Source: Octopus sinensis (taxonomy: Eukaryota). Taken from it: a stretch of DNA of 64,000 bases. Shown piece by piece: positions 12,850 through 24,952 of this stretch. Within the stretch, counting starts at the first letter, position 1. Each line of letters opens with the position of its first letter. A program made the position numbers and the translations under genes. Below the pieces are notes generated by a model. The model was not told where the DNA came from, did not search any database, and was given only the letters and a program-made list of their open reading frames with translations. The stretch is taken from the NCBI RefSeq assembly GCF_006345805.1, contig NC_043014.1, positions 50,034,001-50,098,000 of the forward strand, given 5' to 3'.

Positions 12850-13525
12850 GAGTGATAATGTGTGTGTGTGTGAGAGAGTGGGGGGGGGCATATGTGGCTG
12901 TAGGGGTGGATGTATGTGTGAATGTGGGTGTCGATGTGTGTATGTATGGTGCATGTGGTTGTAGGTGTGGATGTATGTGCGTGTGTATATACGTGTGTGT
13001 GTGTGTATGTATATGCATGTGTGTCTATATATGTGAATATGTGTGTATGGTAATATCTGAGGGTGTAGGTGTGTGTGTATGTCTGTGTGTGTGAGTGGGC
13101 ATATGTGGATGTAGGTGTGGATGTATGTGTGAATGTGAGTGTGGATGTGTGTGTAAGTATGGTGCATGTGGCTGTAGGTGTGGATGTATGTGCGTGTTTA
13201 TATACGTGTGTGTGTGTGTATGTATATGCATGTGTGTCTATATATGTGAATATGTGTGTATGGTAATATCTGAGGGTGTAGGTGTGTGTGTATGTCTGTG
13301 TGTGTGTGTGTCTGGGCATATGTGGCTGTAGGTGTGAATGTATGTGTGAATGTGAGTGTGGATGTGGGTGTGGATGTGTGTGTAAGTATGGTGCATGTGG
13401 TTGTAGATGTGTATGTATATGTGTATATATATATATATATATGCGTATGTATATGCATGTGTGTCTATATATATATATATGAATATGTGTGTATGGTAAT
13501 ATCTGTGTGGGTGTAGGTGTGTGTG
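12850..13525. repeat. Higher-order repeat (~3 units of 210-235 bp) built from TG microsatellite
   Basis: GGTAATATCTG recurs at ~13049, 13262, 13496. Confidence 0.8.
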
Positions 13526-15248
13526 ACAAAGTAAATGAGCTATTTCCAAAGTTGGCGCTAACATGACATAATAACCGATTTTTTTCCACCTGTCTCCTGT
13601 TACCATGTTACTCTTTAGAACCCATCCCATGGTCAGGTGCTTGGGTAGATGACCACTAAACTATTCTGGCACCGTTTCGCTGGGTGAGGAACACATGTGA
13701 ACACCCAGCAGGACTAAAAATGAAATCTGTCAAAGAACAGAAGAACTTGTTAGAGAAACCAAAATTTAACCATAAAAAGGCAAAAGACGGCACCAAGTCT
13801 TCCATTGTCTGTTGATTAAAACACCGTATGATGGCGCAGTCAGACCAGACTGAATCGGTTGGAACCCAGCATAAAAGTGATTACATTCTCTGGTGTTATT
13901 TTTTGTTTCTTTTTTTCTCAGGAAGAAATCTATAAATTTACTAAAAGCACCAAACTGAAAATTAAAGCTGCGTCCAAATTCTTCAGTGGCCGATACCAGT
14001 GCTGCCTGACTGGCTCCTGTGCTGGTGGCATGCAATAAGCACTGTTCATGTGTGGGTCGTTGCCAGTGTCACTTGACTGGTTCCCTGTGCTGGTGGCACA
14101 TAAAATGCACCATCCGAACGTAGTCGATGCCAGCTCTCTCCCTGCCCCCACTGGTTCCTGTGCCAGTGGCACGTAAAAAGCACCATCTGGATGTGGTCGA
14201 TGCCAGATTTCCCTTCTCCAACTGGCTGCAGTGCCGGTGGAATGTAAAAAGCGCCATCCAAATGTGGTCGATGCCAGTGCTGCCTGACTGGCTCCCATGC
14301 TGGTGGCACATAAAAAGCACCCACTACAATCTTGGAGTGGTTGGCATTAGGAAGGGCATCCAGCTGTAGAAACATCGCCAAATCAGATTGGAACCTGGTG
14401 TGGCCTCCTGACTTGCCAGTCTCCAGTCAAACTGTCCAATCCATGTCAACATGGAAAACGGACATTAAACAATGATGATGAAGAATTCGGAATGTAGGAA
14501 TGTTTTCTTCAAAATTGTACTCTTTCAGACATTATCCAACATTCATGGTTGTAGGTGAGGCAGCGAGCTGGCAGAATCGTTAGCACGCCGGGTGAAATGC
14601 GTAGCCGTATTTCGTTTGCTGTTGCGATCTTAGTTCAAATTCCGCTGTGGTCAACTTTGCCTTTCTTCCTTTCAGGGTCGAAAAATTAAGTACCAGTTTC
14701 GCACTGGGGTCGATATTATCGACTTAATACGTCTTTACTACACTCTCAGAGTGGTTGGCATTAGGAAGGGCTTCCAGCTGTAGAAACTCTGCCAAATCAA
14801 GATTGGAGACTGGTGCAACCATCTGGTTCGCCAGACCTCAGTCAAAATCGTCCAACCCATGCTAGCATGGAAAGCGGACGTTAAATGAAATGAATGACGT
14901 CTGTCTGTCCTTGTATGTCTCCTCTGTGTTTAGCCCCTTGTGGGTAGTAAAGAAATAGGTTGTAGGTGAGGTTAGGCATGAAAACCAAATTGAAGTTCGT
15001 GTGTTTTTATTTTTTCCCCTCTGTTTTTTTTTTCCACCAATCTTTTCTCTAAAGATTGATGACTGGAGCTGGCATTTTACTGCATCAGCACCTTCAATTC
15101 TAACATCCAGTTCAGCCTCCTACGTCCCATCAACCCTGCCTACCTCGGTTGCTATGGCATTCATGTAGATCTGGCCACACCTGTTAATGGGCTCAAAACC
15201 CAGATTTTAAACATTGGCTGAAAATTAATAATAATAATAATAATAATG

Positions 15249-15807
15249 ATTGCCCTAATGTAGTACCAGACAGTGGCTCTCATGGTTTCTGGTCTTAACT
15301 GATTGGAAGCGTTATCATGTACATTGTTTTGTCTTTGTATAAAAGATGGGCTACAGCAAATATTCTGCTCAATACCACAGATTTGCTTGTCAGTTGTTTG
15401 CCCTTAACCAGTGGATCATGTCCCTTAGTGGCTGACGATATGTGCATCTCTGATCATGAGCAGAAGTAGTGGGGGAGCATCATAGCCATGTGTTGAGAGG
15501 GATTCTTTGGGGTTTGGATAATTCGCCTTTGGAAACATGGGTGTTTTGTTCAACATCCTTAAACAAACCTTATTCAAGGTCCATTTGATTAGGCTAGGTT
15601 ACTCGACCTGAAGAAAATTCTTACTGGGTCCCACCTGCAAGGTCATGTGCTGTCTATCTTGATATGAGATCACCATGTCGCGCACATATGGTTGTGATGC
15701 AGGTGCCTAGTGTACCCTTATCAGACGGGTAGTCATGATGGGTATACTGGGCTTCGTATATTTTACCCCAGTGTCACAATGATGGCATGCACTACTCTCT
15801 CACTCAA
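15249..15807 (+). mobile_element. ~560-bp unclassified non-autonomous element, family E (second copy ~34934-35476, -); strand is relative only
   Basis: Two highly similar copies with the same ends, both embedded in (AAT)n-type tracts; no ORF or TIR. Confidence 0.75.
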
Positions 15808-16849
15808 TAATAATAATGATAATATAATAATAATAATAATAATAACGATTTCAAATTTGGGCGCCGGGTCAGCAATTTTTAAAGGAAGGGATTTAGATGA
15901 AAACGCCAAATCCAGCATTTAAATGATTTCGAAAAAATGGAAGCCAAATCTGACCACGGTAGGATTTCAACTCAGAGCGTAGTGAACCGGAAGAAATACC
16001 ATAAGATATTTTCTTCCGAGGGTCAAGCGATTCTGCTAATCCACGACTCTGCAAATGTACAAGAATATGACTGGCTGGAGTTTTAGAAATAAAAAGAAGA
16101 CAAATTCTATGAAATCGCAAATAAATCATAGTGTAAGGGAGGTAAATCTGTAAATTGTTTTTCAAGCAGCGACGAACAATAAACAAATTTATGTGTTAAA
16201 GGGAGACAACTTGTTGAAGCGCCGGACGATTTTATCGCTTTCATTTGAGCTGAGATCAAAGGCGTTCCAATCATACCAACCACGTCTTTTTCTCAGTATT
16301 TATGGCAACTGTATCCAATGCATTCTGATGTTACACTCAGATGCTCCTTTCTAATGGAGTAATAGTAGTAGAAGTAGTAGTGGTACTGGTGGTGTAGCTT
16401 AGCCTCAGGCCAACTTGATCCACTGCAACCTCTGTCGAAGACGTTCCAGCCGTGACCATCTTGGTGATTCAGACAGAGTGTATCTAGGTCTAGCCAGGAC
16501 CATGTGTCCAGGAAGCAAGCTTCTTACCACACAGCCACAACTGCAGACAAAATAATAAGAAAGTAAAATATTTTAAAGCAGAAAAAAAAAGGGGGGGGAG
16601 ATCCTTGCCTTGATTTAACCCTCAAAGGACAAAACTGAAAATGTTCCCAGATTATTCTTTTATATTTTTTGTTGAACCCTAATTATAATTATAGTCATAA
16701 TTATAAAAATTTTTGTTCTATATATATATATATTGGCCTGCTCGCTTAGCCAGCGGGGTGGCATCATTTGAAGGCTAAAACAATGCAAAGCGCATTGTGA
16801 CCAGCGATGAGTAGCAACATCTGATAGCCTGGTCGGTCACGGTGATATA

Positions 16850-16899
<50 letters not shown>

Positions 16900-17154
16900 C
16901 TGTTGGCGAATTTTTTTCCTCCGTCTTCTCTTCCTTGGATCTTTCCTTTTCCTATGTTTCTGACAAAGAGCTCCGCTCGTAACATTGAATCCTCCTTCTT
17001 TTTTCCTTCCTGAGTGTCCAATAACACTATACTTGTTCCACGTCCTCGTGTTGTTATGTTTTCATGTTTGGATTAACTTTACATATATATATATATATTA
17101 TATATATATATATATTATATATACGCGAGAAAGAAGCAACAAGAATGGATAGGT

Positions 17155-17246
17155 TTTTAGTACGATCGGTTTCATACAAGGACAGGTTTTATTAAAAGTT
17201 GCAAAGATTACAGCATCTAAACGAGTCCCGTACTCATCAGCTAAAA
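17155..17246 (-). ncRNA. Type I hammerhead ribozyme, PLE-like (left arm of inverted repeat)
   Basis: Minus strand UUUUAG-CUGAUGA-GUACGGGAC...GUCCUUGUAU-GAAAC-CGAUC-GUA-CUAAAA: 6-bp stem I, intact core, GUA cleavage triplet. Confidence 0.8.
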
Positions 17247-18069
17247 TACATGTAAGTTCTCTAGACATCCTAGTGTTTGAGGCTATACTCATAAGTAATG
17301 TAGATAATTAAACAGATTTCTAAAGTTCATTAAAGATGATTACAGTCTTATCACAGAATTTTAAAAAACCAGACTTACAGTCTACTAGCTCTTCTGTATA
17401 ACTAGAACCCTCTTTTTTTCTTTTTCTTTTTTCCCTTCTTTCCCTATTTCTTTCTCTTTTCTCTCTTCTTTTTCTTCTTCTTATTCTCTGTTTCCTTTTC
17501 TCTTCTCTTTTAGTCCCCCTTTCCCCCCCCTTTTTGCTCCCTCCCCATTATTTTCTCTCTTTTCTTCTATTCCCTTCTCTATTCTTGGCCGATCTAGTAA
17601 GCCCTTCAGCCTTTAAGAGTTAAATAGCTACAGCGCTTGTGAATAGCGTAATGTGATTAATATGGCAAACACCTAATCATATAACAAGGATTGGTACCTA
17701 CCTCATTGTGTTCACCATTGTAAAATTTATCGCCTGTGAATATGAATTCATCTCCATTTCTCTGGAAATTTCCATCTACACACCATTGGAATCTTGCATA
17801 TATACAAAGGATTAATTCACCCTCTCTGTAATGCTAATAACAATGGATAATTTGTCTTCTGTGAGTATATAATCCCTCATCATATCTATGGAAATTCATA
17901 TGGATTAGGTCACCTTCTCTGTTATGCTATCAAAAACTTTTTTAAATTCTGTGATAAGACTGTACATCATCTTTAATGAACTTTAATGAACTTTAGAAAT
18001 CTGTTTAATTATCTACATTACTTCATGAGTATAGCCTCAACACTAGGATGTCTAGAGAACTTACATGTA

Positions 18070-18159
18070 TTTTAGCTGATGAGTACGGGACTCGTTTATA
18101 TGCTGTAATCTTTGCAACTTTTAATAAACCTGTCCTTGTATGAAACGATCGTACTAAAA
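18070..18159 (+). ncRNA. Type I hammerhead ribozyme, PLE-like (right arm of inverted repeat)
   Basis: UUUUAG-CUGAUGA-GUACGGGAC...GUCCUUGUAU-GAAAC-GAUC-GUA-CUAAAA. Palindromic stem III ACGAUCGU; predicted cleavage after 18153. Confidence 0.85.
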
Positions 18160-18302
18160 ACCTATCCATTCTTGTTGCTTCTTTCTCGCTTATAATCACC
18201 CCACATTACTGTATTGTTAAATCAGTATAGTTTTTTTGGGGCATCTAAGTTAGGTACCATATTCAAGTAAATTTTTTTAAAATTAACTTGAATCTTTATT
18301 GC

Positions 18303-18340
<38 letters not shown>

Positions 18341-19109
18341 TACAATATATGGTCTTGTTTCCTCTTGAACAGGTGTATGTGCGTGTGAGGTGAACAAAAT
18401 AACCAAAGAAGAGGGGATGAGGACAAAACTATGTTCCCACACTGGTTTCTCCCCTTCCTTTTTCTCTTTTCACCTTTAACAGCAAACAGTAAGTAAACCC
18501 ACATTTATACTCCTTTCTCTCTTTCATTTTTGTTCTCATTTCATTGCTTCCTTCCCTACTTCCCCCTCTCTCTCTGCCTCCCTCTTATTATCTACAGACT
18601 CCTTCCTATGTCTTTCCTGCTTTTCTTTCTCTTTATTCTCTGTCTCTATCATACACATGTAAGCACATACAGACATGTGACAGTACTTAAATAAATCGTT
18701 TACCTAGTTACAGTTACACGGTGGCTGCCCCCTCGTTATCAAGTATGGCCATTGCACGAAGCTTAATCAATGTTGTTATCGTGCAATGCCTGTGCAAGAA
18801 GATTTGTTTTTAAAGTGAGGAAAGGCTGTGCACTGAGTCAATCCCACTCACTAAACAACAGCAGCCATAATCCGAAAAGAAGAACAAGTCAACATCATCG
18901 GTAACCACTGAGCCGCAGGTTTTATGTCGGAGTCATCCCAGTTACCTGAGCTACCTTCTTCTAGAAGGATGCCCTAACAAAGGCTAGGAGTCCTTCACTC
19001 CCAATGGTTTAACTGCGCGATCGGGTATTCAGTCCGATTATTTCTATGTCCCAGCGCATGATACAGCCTTAAGCCCTAAGAAGAAAAAAAAAAATTACAC
19101 ATTTATTGG

Positions 19110-19305
19110 ATGGCCGTTGACTCTCAAGAGTTCCTCCGCCCTTTGACGGGTTTGTTTTTCATTCCACAGGGTGTCCAATAAACACTCTCCTCACCAAGCA
19201 AGCTTGGTGGGGTTACCGGTTTAGTCGCTGATAACCCAACCATGCAACAGGTTGTACTGGGTTACATGTTACCAGTAGCACTCGAAAGTGACCTGACATA
19301 ACACA
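19110..19305 (-). mobile_element. Probable RTE 5' leader fragment
   Basis: Contains GCGACTAAACCGGTAACC and CCCGTCAAAGGGCGGAGG, which I recall from RTE 5' UTRs; unverified. Confidence 0.4.
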
Positions 19306-19710
19306 CTTACATACATACATTCTTCTTGACCTTCTCAAGCCATGCCTGGCTCATGAGGGCCGGTTTCCCGGTTTCCTTGGCATATAGGTTTCCCACCTGG
19401 ATGGGACGCCGGTCCATCACAGGTGAGCTGCTAGATGTAGGAGGAAAGAGTGAGAGAAAGTTGTGGCGAAAGAGTCAGCAGAAGTTTGCCATTACCTTCT
19501 GCCAGAGCCACGTGGAGCTTAGGTGTTACCTTTTCTGGCATGTGCCTATACCATCTTTTTTCTGTTGTTATTCCATAGTGTTGGCATAGCTTCCAGTGTA
19601 TGTAGGTCCCAACTCTGTCATGTCTGTGAATATATTCCTTCTTAGCCAGGACTGGGCAGCCAGAGATAATATGATTTATTGTTTCCTGTCCATCTCCACA
19701 TATTCTGCAG

Positions 19711-19805
19711 TTACTTGTTATGTTTCTTTATTATTATTATTATTATTAATGTTGTTGTTCCTTTGTTTTATACGAGCAGCTACCTGTCTCACTTAGAGCC
19801 CTCAG
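19711..19805 (+). CDS. Possible upstream hydrophobic (signal-like) exon
   Basis: tattctgcAG ... TCAG|GTAAGA, phase 2-1, would join exon A in frame (YLLCFFIIIIIINVVVPLFYTSSYLSHLEPSG). The hydrophobicity comes from an (ATT)n tract and no start exon was found. Confidence 0.25.
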
Positions 19806-19991
19806 GTAAGAGCAAGTTGGATGTTTTGCTATGTATGTCATTTATGATTAGCAATATGTTCTAGGGAAACAAGACCAGAACCTGAGATTGTTAAATTCTT
19901 CTTATTATTATTATTATTACTATTACTATAATTATTATTATGTTTTTTCATTCTTTCTTCAAATTTTCTTCCGTTTCTCGCCGAGTATTAC

Positions 19992-20025
<34 letters not shown>

Positions 20026-20254
20026 AAGGCAATGAGCTGGCAGAATCATTAACATGTTAGGTAAAATGTTTAGCAGAATTCATCTGTCCTTATGTTCTGA
20101 GTTCAAATACCGCTGAGGTTGACTTTACCTTTCGTCCTTTCAGGGTCAATAAATTAAGTACCAGTGAAACATTGGGGTCAATGTAATCAGCTAGTCCCCA
20201 CCCCCAAAATTTCAGGCCTTGTGTCTTTAGTAGAAAGGATTATTATTATTATTG

Positions 20255-20500
20255 GTTCGGATCAGGTTTGGTCTTATTCCTGGTAGGAATTACGTGGATA
20301 GCAGGTCACTACCTCTAATCATAGGTATCCACAAGTTTTCAGCAGTCTTTCAAGTGCTTAGAACTTTCCTGATAATCCTTGCAGTCCTTAAGAGACAAAC
20401 TTTCTCTAGGAGCTCTACTGGGCATTCTATTTCAATCTCCTCCAGTCATTTGTCTAGATGTGTAGCCTTTCATGTGCGATATCTGCAAGATAAATTGGCA
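20255..20500 (-). mobile_element. R4/Dong-like LINE 3' fragment
   Basis: ELLEKVCLLRTARIIRKVLS-stop. Confidence 0.65.
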
Positions 20501-20559
20501 AGATAAAGATATCAAATGTCAAAATCTTAGCAAAATGTGATATCTCCAATATCAAAAGC

Positions 20560-20810
20560 CTGCCACTGAGAAGTCAGTGCAGGTGGGTCTGAGATAGAAT
20601 GAAAGATGACCGCATTCCTAAAATTCTTTTGCAGGTCAACATGTGGAGGGACAACCGCAGTAAGGGAAGACCAAGCTTTAGATAGAAAGATACGTTGAAG
20701 CAATCACTAAGGTTTCTACAGCTTAGCTTGACATCATGGGAAAGTCATTACCGAGACTGAGCTGAGTGGAGTAAAATGTGTCATGATGCACCTCAACAAT
20801 TTCAGTTGAA
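20560..20810 (+). mobile_element. RTE-clade LINE, highly degenerate 3' ORF fragment
   Basis: RMKDDRIPKILF followed, after a frameshift, by RSKGRP and KDTLKQSL. Confidence 0.6.
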
Positions 20811-21589
20811 GTAACAGAACAATAAAAGAATTATATTCAGCAATTAACAGACACATATATCCAAACCCAGGCAAAATCAAAATCATCATCATCCCCAATG
20901 TCCCTCATAGCAAAGGCCATACCTGAACTCAAATTATAGTCACGCATCCATCACAAATAGATGTGATTTCTTTTATTCATTCATTTTCCAAGCTGTTTTT
21001 TTCTTTGTCTCATACTCTCTTCTGACTCTTTTACTTGTTTCGGTCATTTGACTGTGGCCACGCTGGAGCACCGCCTTTAGTCGAGCAAAACAACCTCAGG
21101 ACTTATTCTTTGCAAGCCTAGTACTTATTCTATCGGTCTCTTTTGCCGAACCGCTAAATTACGGGGACGTAAACACACCAGCACCGGTTGTCAAGCGATG
21201 TTGGAGGGGACAAACACAGACGCACAAACATATACACACACACATACATACACACACACACATATACAACAGGCTTCTTTCAGTTTCCGTCTACCAAATC
21301 CACTCACAAGGCTTTGGTCGGCCCGAGGTTATAGTAGAAGACACTTGGCCAAGGTGCCACGTAGTGGGACTGAACCTGGAACCATGTGGTTCATAAGCAA
21401 GCCACTTCATTTTTCTTTTCTTTCACTTAACTTTTTCTTTTAAATCCTTTCCTTCAAACACTTATACGTCGAAATCGATAGGAGTGACCCTCATCATCAT
21501 CACCATCATCATCATAATCATCATCGTCTTTATCATCATTATCATTATTAATATTGTTATTATCAATGTTATTAATTCTGTTTGAATAG

Positions 21590-21907
21590 GTTTTCCATCG
21601 AAACCCGTGTTTGAATCTTCAGCAAAAATCTCAGGAAACGATCTGATCGTGCACGAAGGTGAAGAAGTGTCCGTGTCATGTAAGCTGACGGGAAACCCAC
21701 CTCCAACGGTTACTTTACGGTGGATGAATACCACAGACATGAATTATCACAAGAACACATCAGTGAACAGAATAGATGACTATATCATAACTAACCTGTA
21801 CTTCACTGCATCTCGGAGACATCACAACCAGGAGATACGTTGTAAGGTCACTGATGACGGGCAGGACCCATGGGCAGAAGAGTCTTTTTTACTATTACAT
21901 GTTAACT
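21590..21907 (+). CDS. IgSF receptor exon A: Ig C2-set-like domain (first recognisable exon; gene is 5'-partial)
   Basis: Acceptor ttctgtttgaatAG, donor T|GTAAGT, 318 nt, phase 1-1. Peptide FPSKPVF...VSVSCKLTGNPPPTVTLRW...FTASRRHHNQEIRCKV...LLLHVN has the Ig Cys-Trp-Cys pattern and N-glycosylation sequons NTT and NTS. Confidence 0.92.
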
Positions 21908-22226
21908 GTAAGTGAACATTTTCGTGTCTGTTTGTCTTGGATTCTTCAGGGTTTCTCTCTGGCAAAAAGGGAAGGGGCTTCCATAGTGCCATGCTATATA
22001 AGAAGGGGCAACGGTTTTACTCTTTTGCTTGTTTTAGTCATTTGACTGTGGCCACGCTGGAGCACCACCTTTAGTCGAACAAATCGACCCCAGGACTTAT
22101 TCTTTGTAAGCCTAGTACTTACTCTATCGGTCTCTTTTGCCGAACTACTAACTTATCAAGACGGTTGTCAAGCAATGGTGGCAGGGAAAAATGCAGGCAT
22201 ACTAACACGCACTATTATTATTATTG

Positions 22227-22366
22227 TTATTCAGGTCACTGCCTGGAATCGAACTCAGAATATTGGGGTTAGTAGCCCATGCTCTTAACCAATACGAGCA
22301 TATGGCTTAGTAGTTAATAACACAGGTTACTAACCCCAAGATTGTGAGTTTGATTCCAGGCAGTGA

Positions 22367-22414
<48 letters not shown>

Positions 22415-22569
22415 CAACAACATCGAAAAAATACCTTAGGAATGAGAACCCAGGTTTGAAATTTCCCCAAGACACCTGATGAAGGCTGGAGGGTATATCA
22501 GCAACAAACAAGATGAGGGTATATCAACAACAAACAAGATGAGGACAAATATCCGTCAACTGTAAATAA

Positions 22570-22570
<1 letters not shown>
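22227..22570. mobile_element. Back-to-back tRNA-like heads followed by (AAT)n and a hammerhead-derived tail
   Basis: 22227-22375 is a palindrome of two divergent A/B-box heads (TGGCTTAGTAGTT; GAGTTTGATTCC). CUGAUGA-A-GGCUG...CAGC at 22476-22502 lacks the GAAA half. Confidence 0.55.
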
Positions 22571-22607
<37 letters not shown>

Positions 22608-22665
22608 TTATTTACATTACTGATCAATCATGGTGAATTACTACAGGACGATGAACAATACAAAT

Positions 22666-22760
<95 letters not shown>

Positions 22761-22849
22761 CCCAAAGCATAATTCTATACACATACTCTGCAATACCACC
22801 AAAACTACATACAAACATATATCTTCCTATACACATATCATGTATATAC

Positions 22850-24023
22850 TATACACATATGCTATGCACATATTACGCATACATACATTCTACACACACA
22901 CACACATATGCATACGTTACACAGTTGCTACATGCAATATATACATATACACACACACATCACGCTACGTTCATCCAACACACATTACACACATGGGCAC
23001 ACACACACACACAAACATTGTACATATGTACACACATACATGCACACTGTACATACATACACACGCACCTGTTTTTTGATTTCCTTCCCAGTTCATATTA
23101 ACACAACCCACGTACATGTTCTAATGTGTTATGTTACGTGCATGCATGCATGTGTGTGTGTGCGTGTGTGTGTAGTGTATGTGTATGTATGTATGTATGT
23201 GCGTGAATGGTATGCGTGTGTTTTGTGTCTGGATGTGTGTGTGTGTGTGTGTGAGTAGTATGTACATGTACTGTGAATATAGTATGTGTATGTATATGTA
23301 CTGCATATGCAGAGAGCATGTGTATGGATGTGTGTGTGTGTGTGTATATGTGTGTGTGGACATGTACTGTGTATGTGTGTCAGTATGTGTATGTAATATG
23401 TGTGTATAAATATTGTGCATGTGTATGTGTGCATAGCATGCATATGTAGTGTGCATGTGTATAGATGTGAGTGTGTGTGTGTGTCCGTGTGTGTAGTATG
23501 TACATATGCTATGCAAACAGTATGTATGTATCTATAGTGTGTGTGTGTGTGTGTATGTGTGCGTGTGTGTGTGTAGTATGTACATATGCTATGCAAACAG
23601 TATGTATGTATCTATTGTGTGTGTGTGTGTGTATGTGTGCGTGTGTGTGTGTAGTATGTACATATGCTATGCAAACAGTATGTATGTATCTATTGTGTGT
23701 GTGTGTGTGTGTATGTGTGTGTAGTATGTATGTATCTATTGTGTGTGTGTATGTGTGTATGTGTGTGTGTATGTGTGTGTCTGTGTGTGTAGTATGTACA
23801 TATACTATGCAAACAGTATGTATGTATCTATTGTGTGTGTGTGTGTGTGTATGTGTGTGTAGTATGTATGTATCTATTGTGTGTGTGTATGTGTGTATGT
23901 GTGTGTGTATGTGTATGTCCGTGTGTGTAGTATGTACATATACTATGCAAACAGTATGTATGTATCTATTGTGTGTGTGTGTATGTGTGTGTGTATGTGT
24001 GTGTATGTGTGTGTGTGTGTGTA

Positions 24024-24060
<37 letters not shown>

Positions 24061-24399
24061 TGTTCCAAGCAACCATACAGCAACATTCTGATCTATGAAA
24101 GCTAACGATCTATTAAGACATAATGATAAAATGAAGCTATAAACTCCCCCCCCGTGCTCGTTAACCCTCATCTCCCCCCTCCACGCCTCCTCCCCTCCCA
24201 CCACGACCCGCAGTCCCTCCTCCTCGTTAACAAATGAGCTAAACATGATATCATTGATATCCAAGAATCTGTTTTATGCTGAGTCTGAAAGCTTCGTTTG
24301 TATATTGTCAGACGAATAAAACCCGAATGCAATACTGCTGATACGACATGCACATGAAGAATATCATGCCAGATGTGTGTGTGTGTGTGTATATATCTT

Positions 24400-24441
<42 letters not shown>

Positions 24442-24565
24442 TTGTGTCTGTGTGTGCATATATGTATATGTGCATATGTGTATCCACACACACATATACA
24501 TATATATATATATACATATGTGTATACATCTACATATGTGTGTGCATCTATATCGATAGATATAC

Positions 24566-24596
<31 letters not shown>

Positions 24597-24617
24597 ATAT
24601 ATACACACACATGTATA

Positions 24618-24660
<43 letters not shown>

Positions 24661-24909
24661 GTACATTTATATATATATTTGTATACATATATATATTATA
24701 TATAAATGTAAATGTGTAAATATATATATACATATATATAAACGTATGTATGTGTATATATACACACACACACACACATGTATGTATGTTCAAACATATG
24801 TATACATAAACATATAGTCACACATACATCTCTCAATATACCTACTCTCTCTCTCTCTCTTTATATGCATGTGTATATACAGGTGTATACATTTGTGTAT
24901 GTGTATACT

Positions 24910-24952
<43 letters not shown>

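Larger units (their letters stand above)
17125..18189. mobile_element. PLE-like remnant: ~245-bp inverted repeats (17125-17368 / 17938-18189) around a 570-bp spacer
   Basis: Arms are near-identical reverse complements and each holds a hammerhead; inverted pseudo-LTRs are characteristic of Penelope-like elements. Confidence 0.7.

Noticed and set aside
13921-14020. Acceptor followed by STKLKIKAASKFFSGRYQC, resembling an Ig F-strand
   Set aside because: SGRYQC is encoded by the family C SINE unit; no G-strand and no partner half-domain.
15056-15170. Strong acceptor and Ser/Thr-rich frame IDDWSWHFTASAPS
   Set aside because: Phase 0 with no good donor; cannot be joined to exon A.
15430-15480. 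CUGACGA in family E
   Set aside because: Followed by GAAG rather than GAAA, and no stem I.
18720-18760. HDV-like ribozyme (7-bp P1 candidate)
   Set aside because: P3, P1.1 and P4 could not be fitted in the required order.
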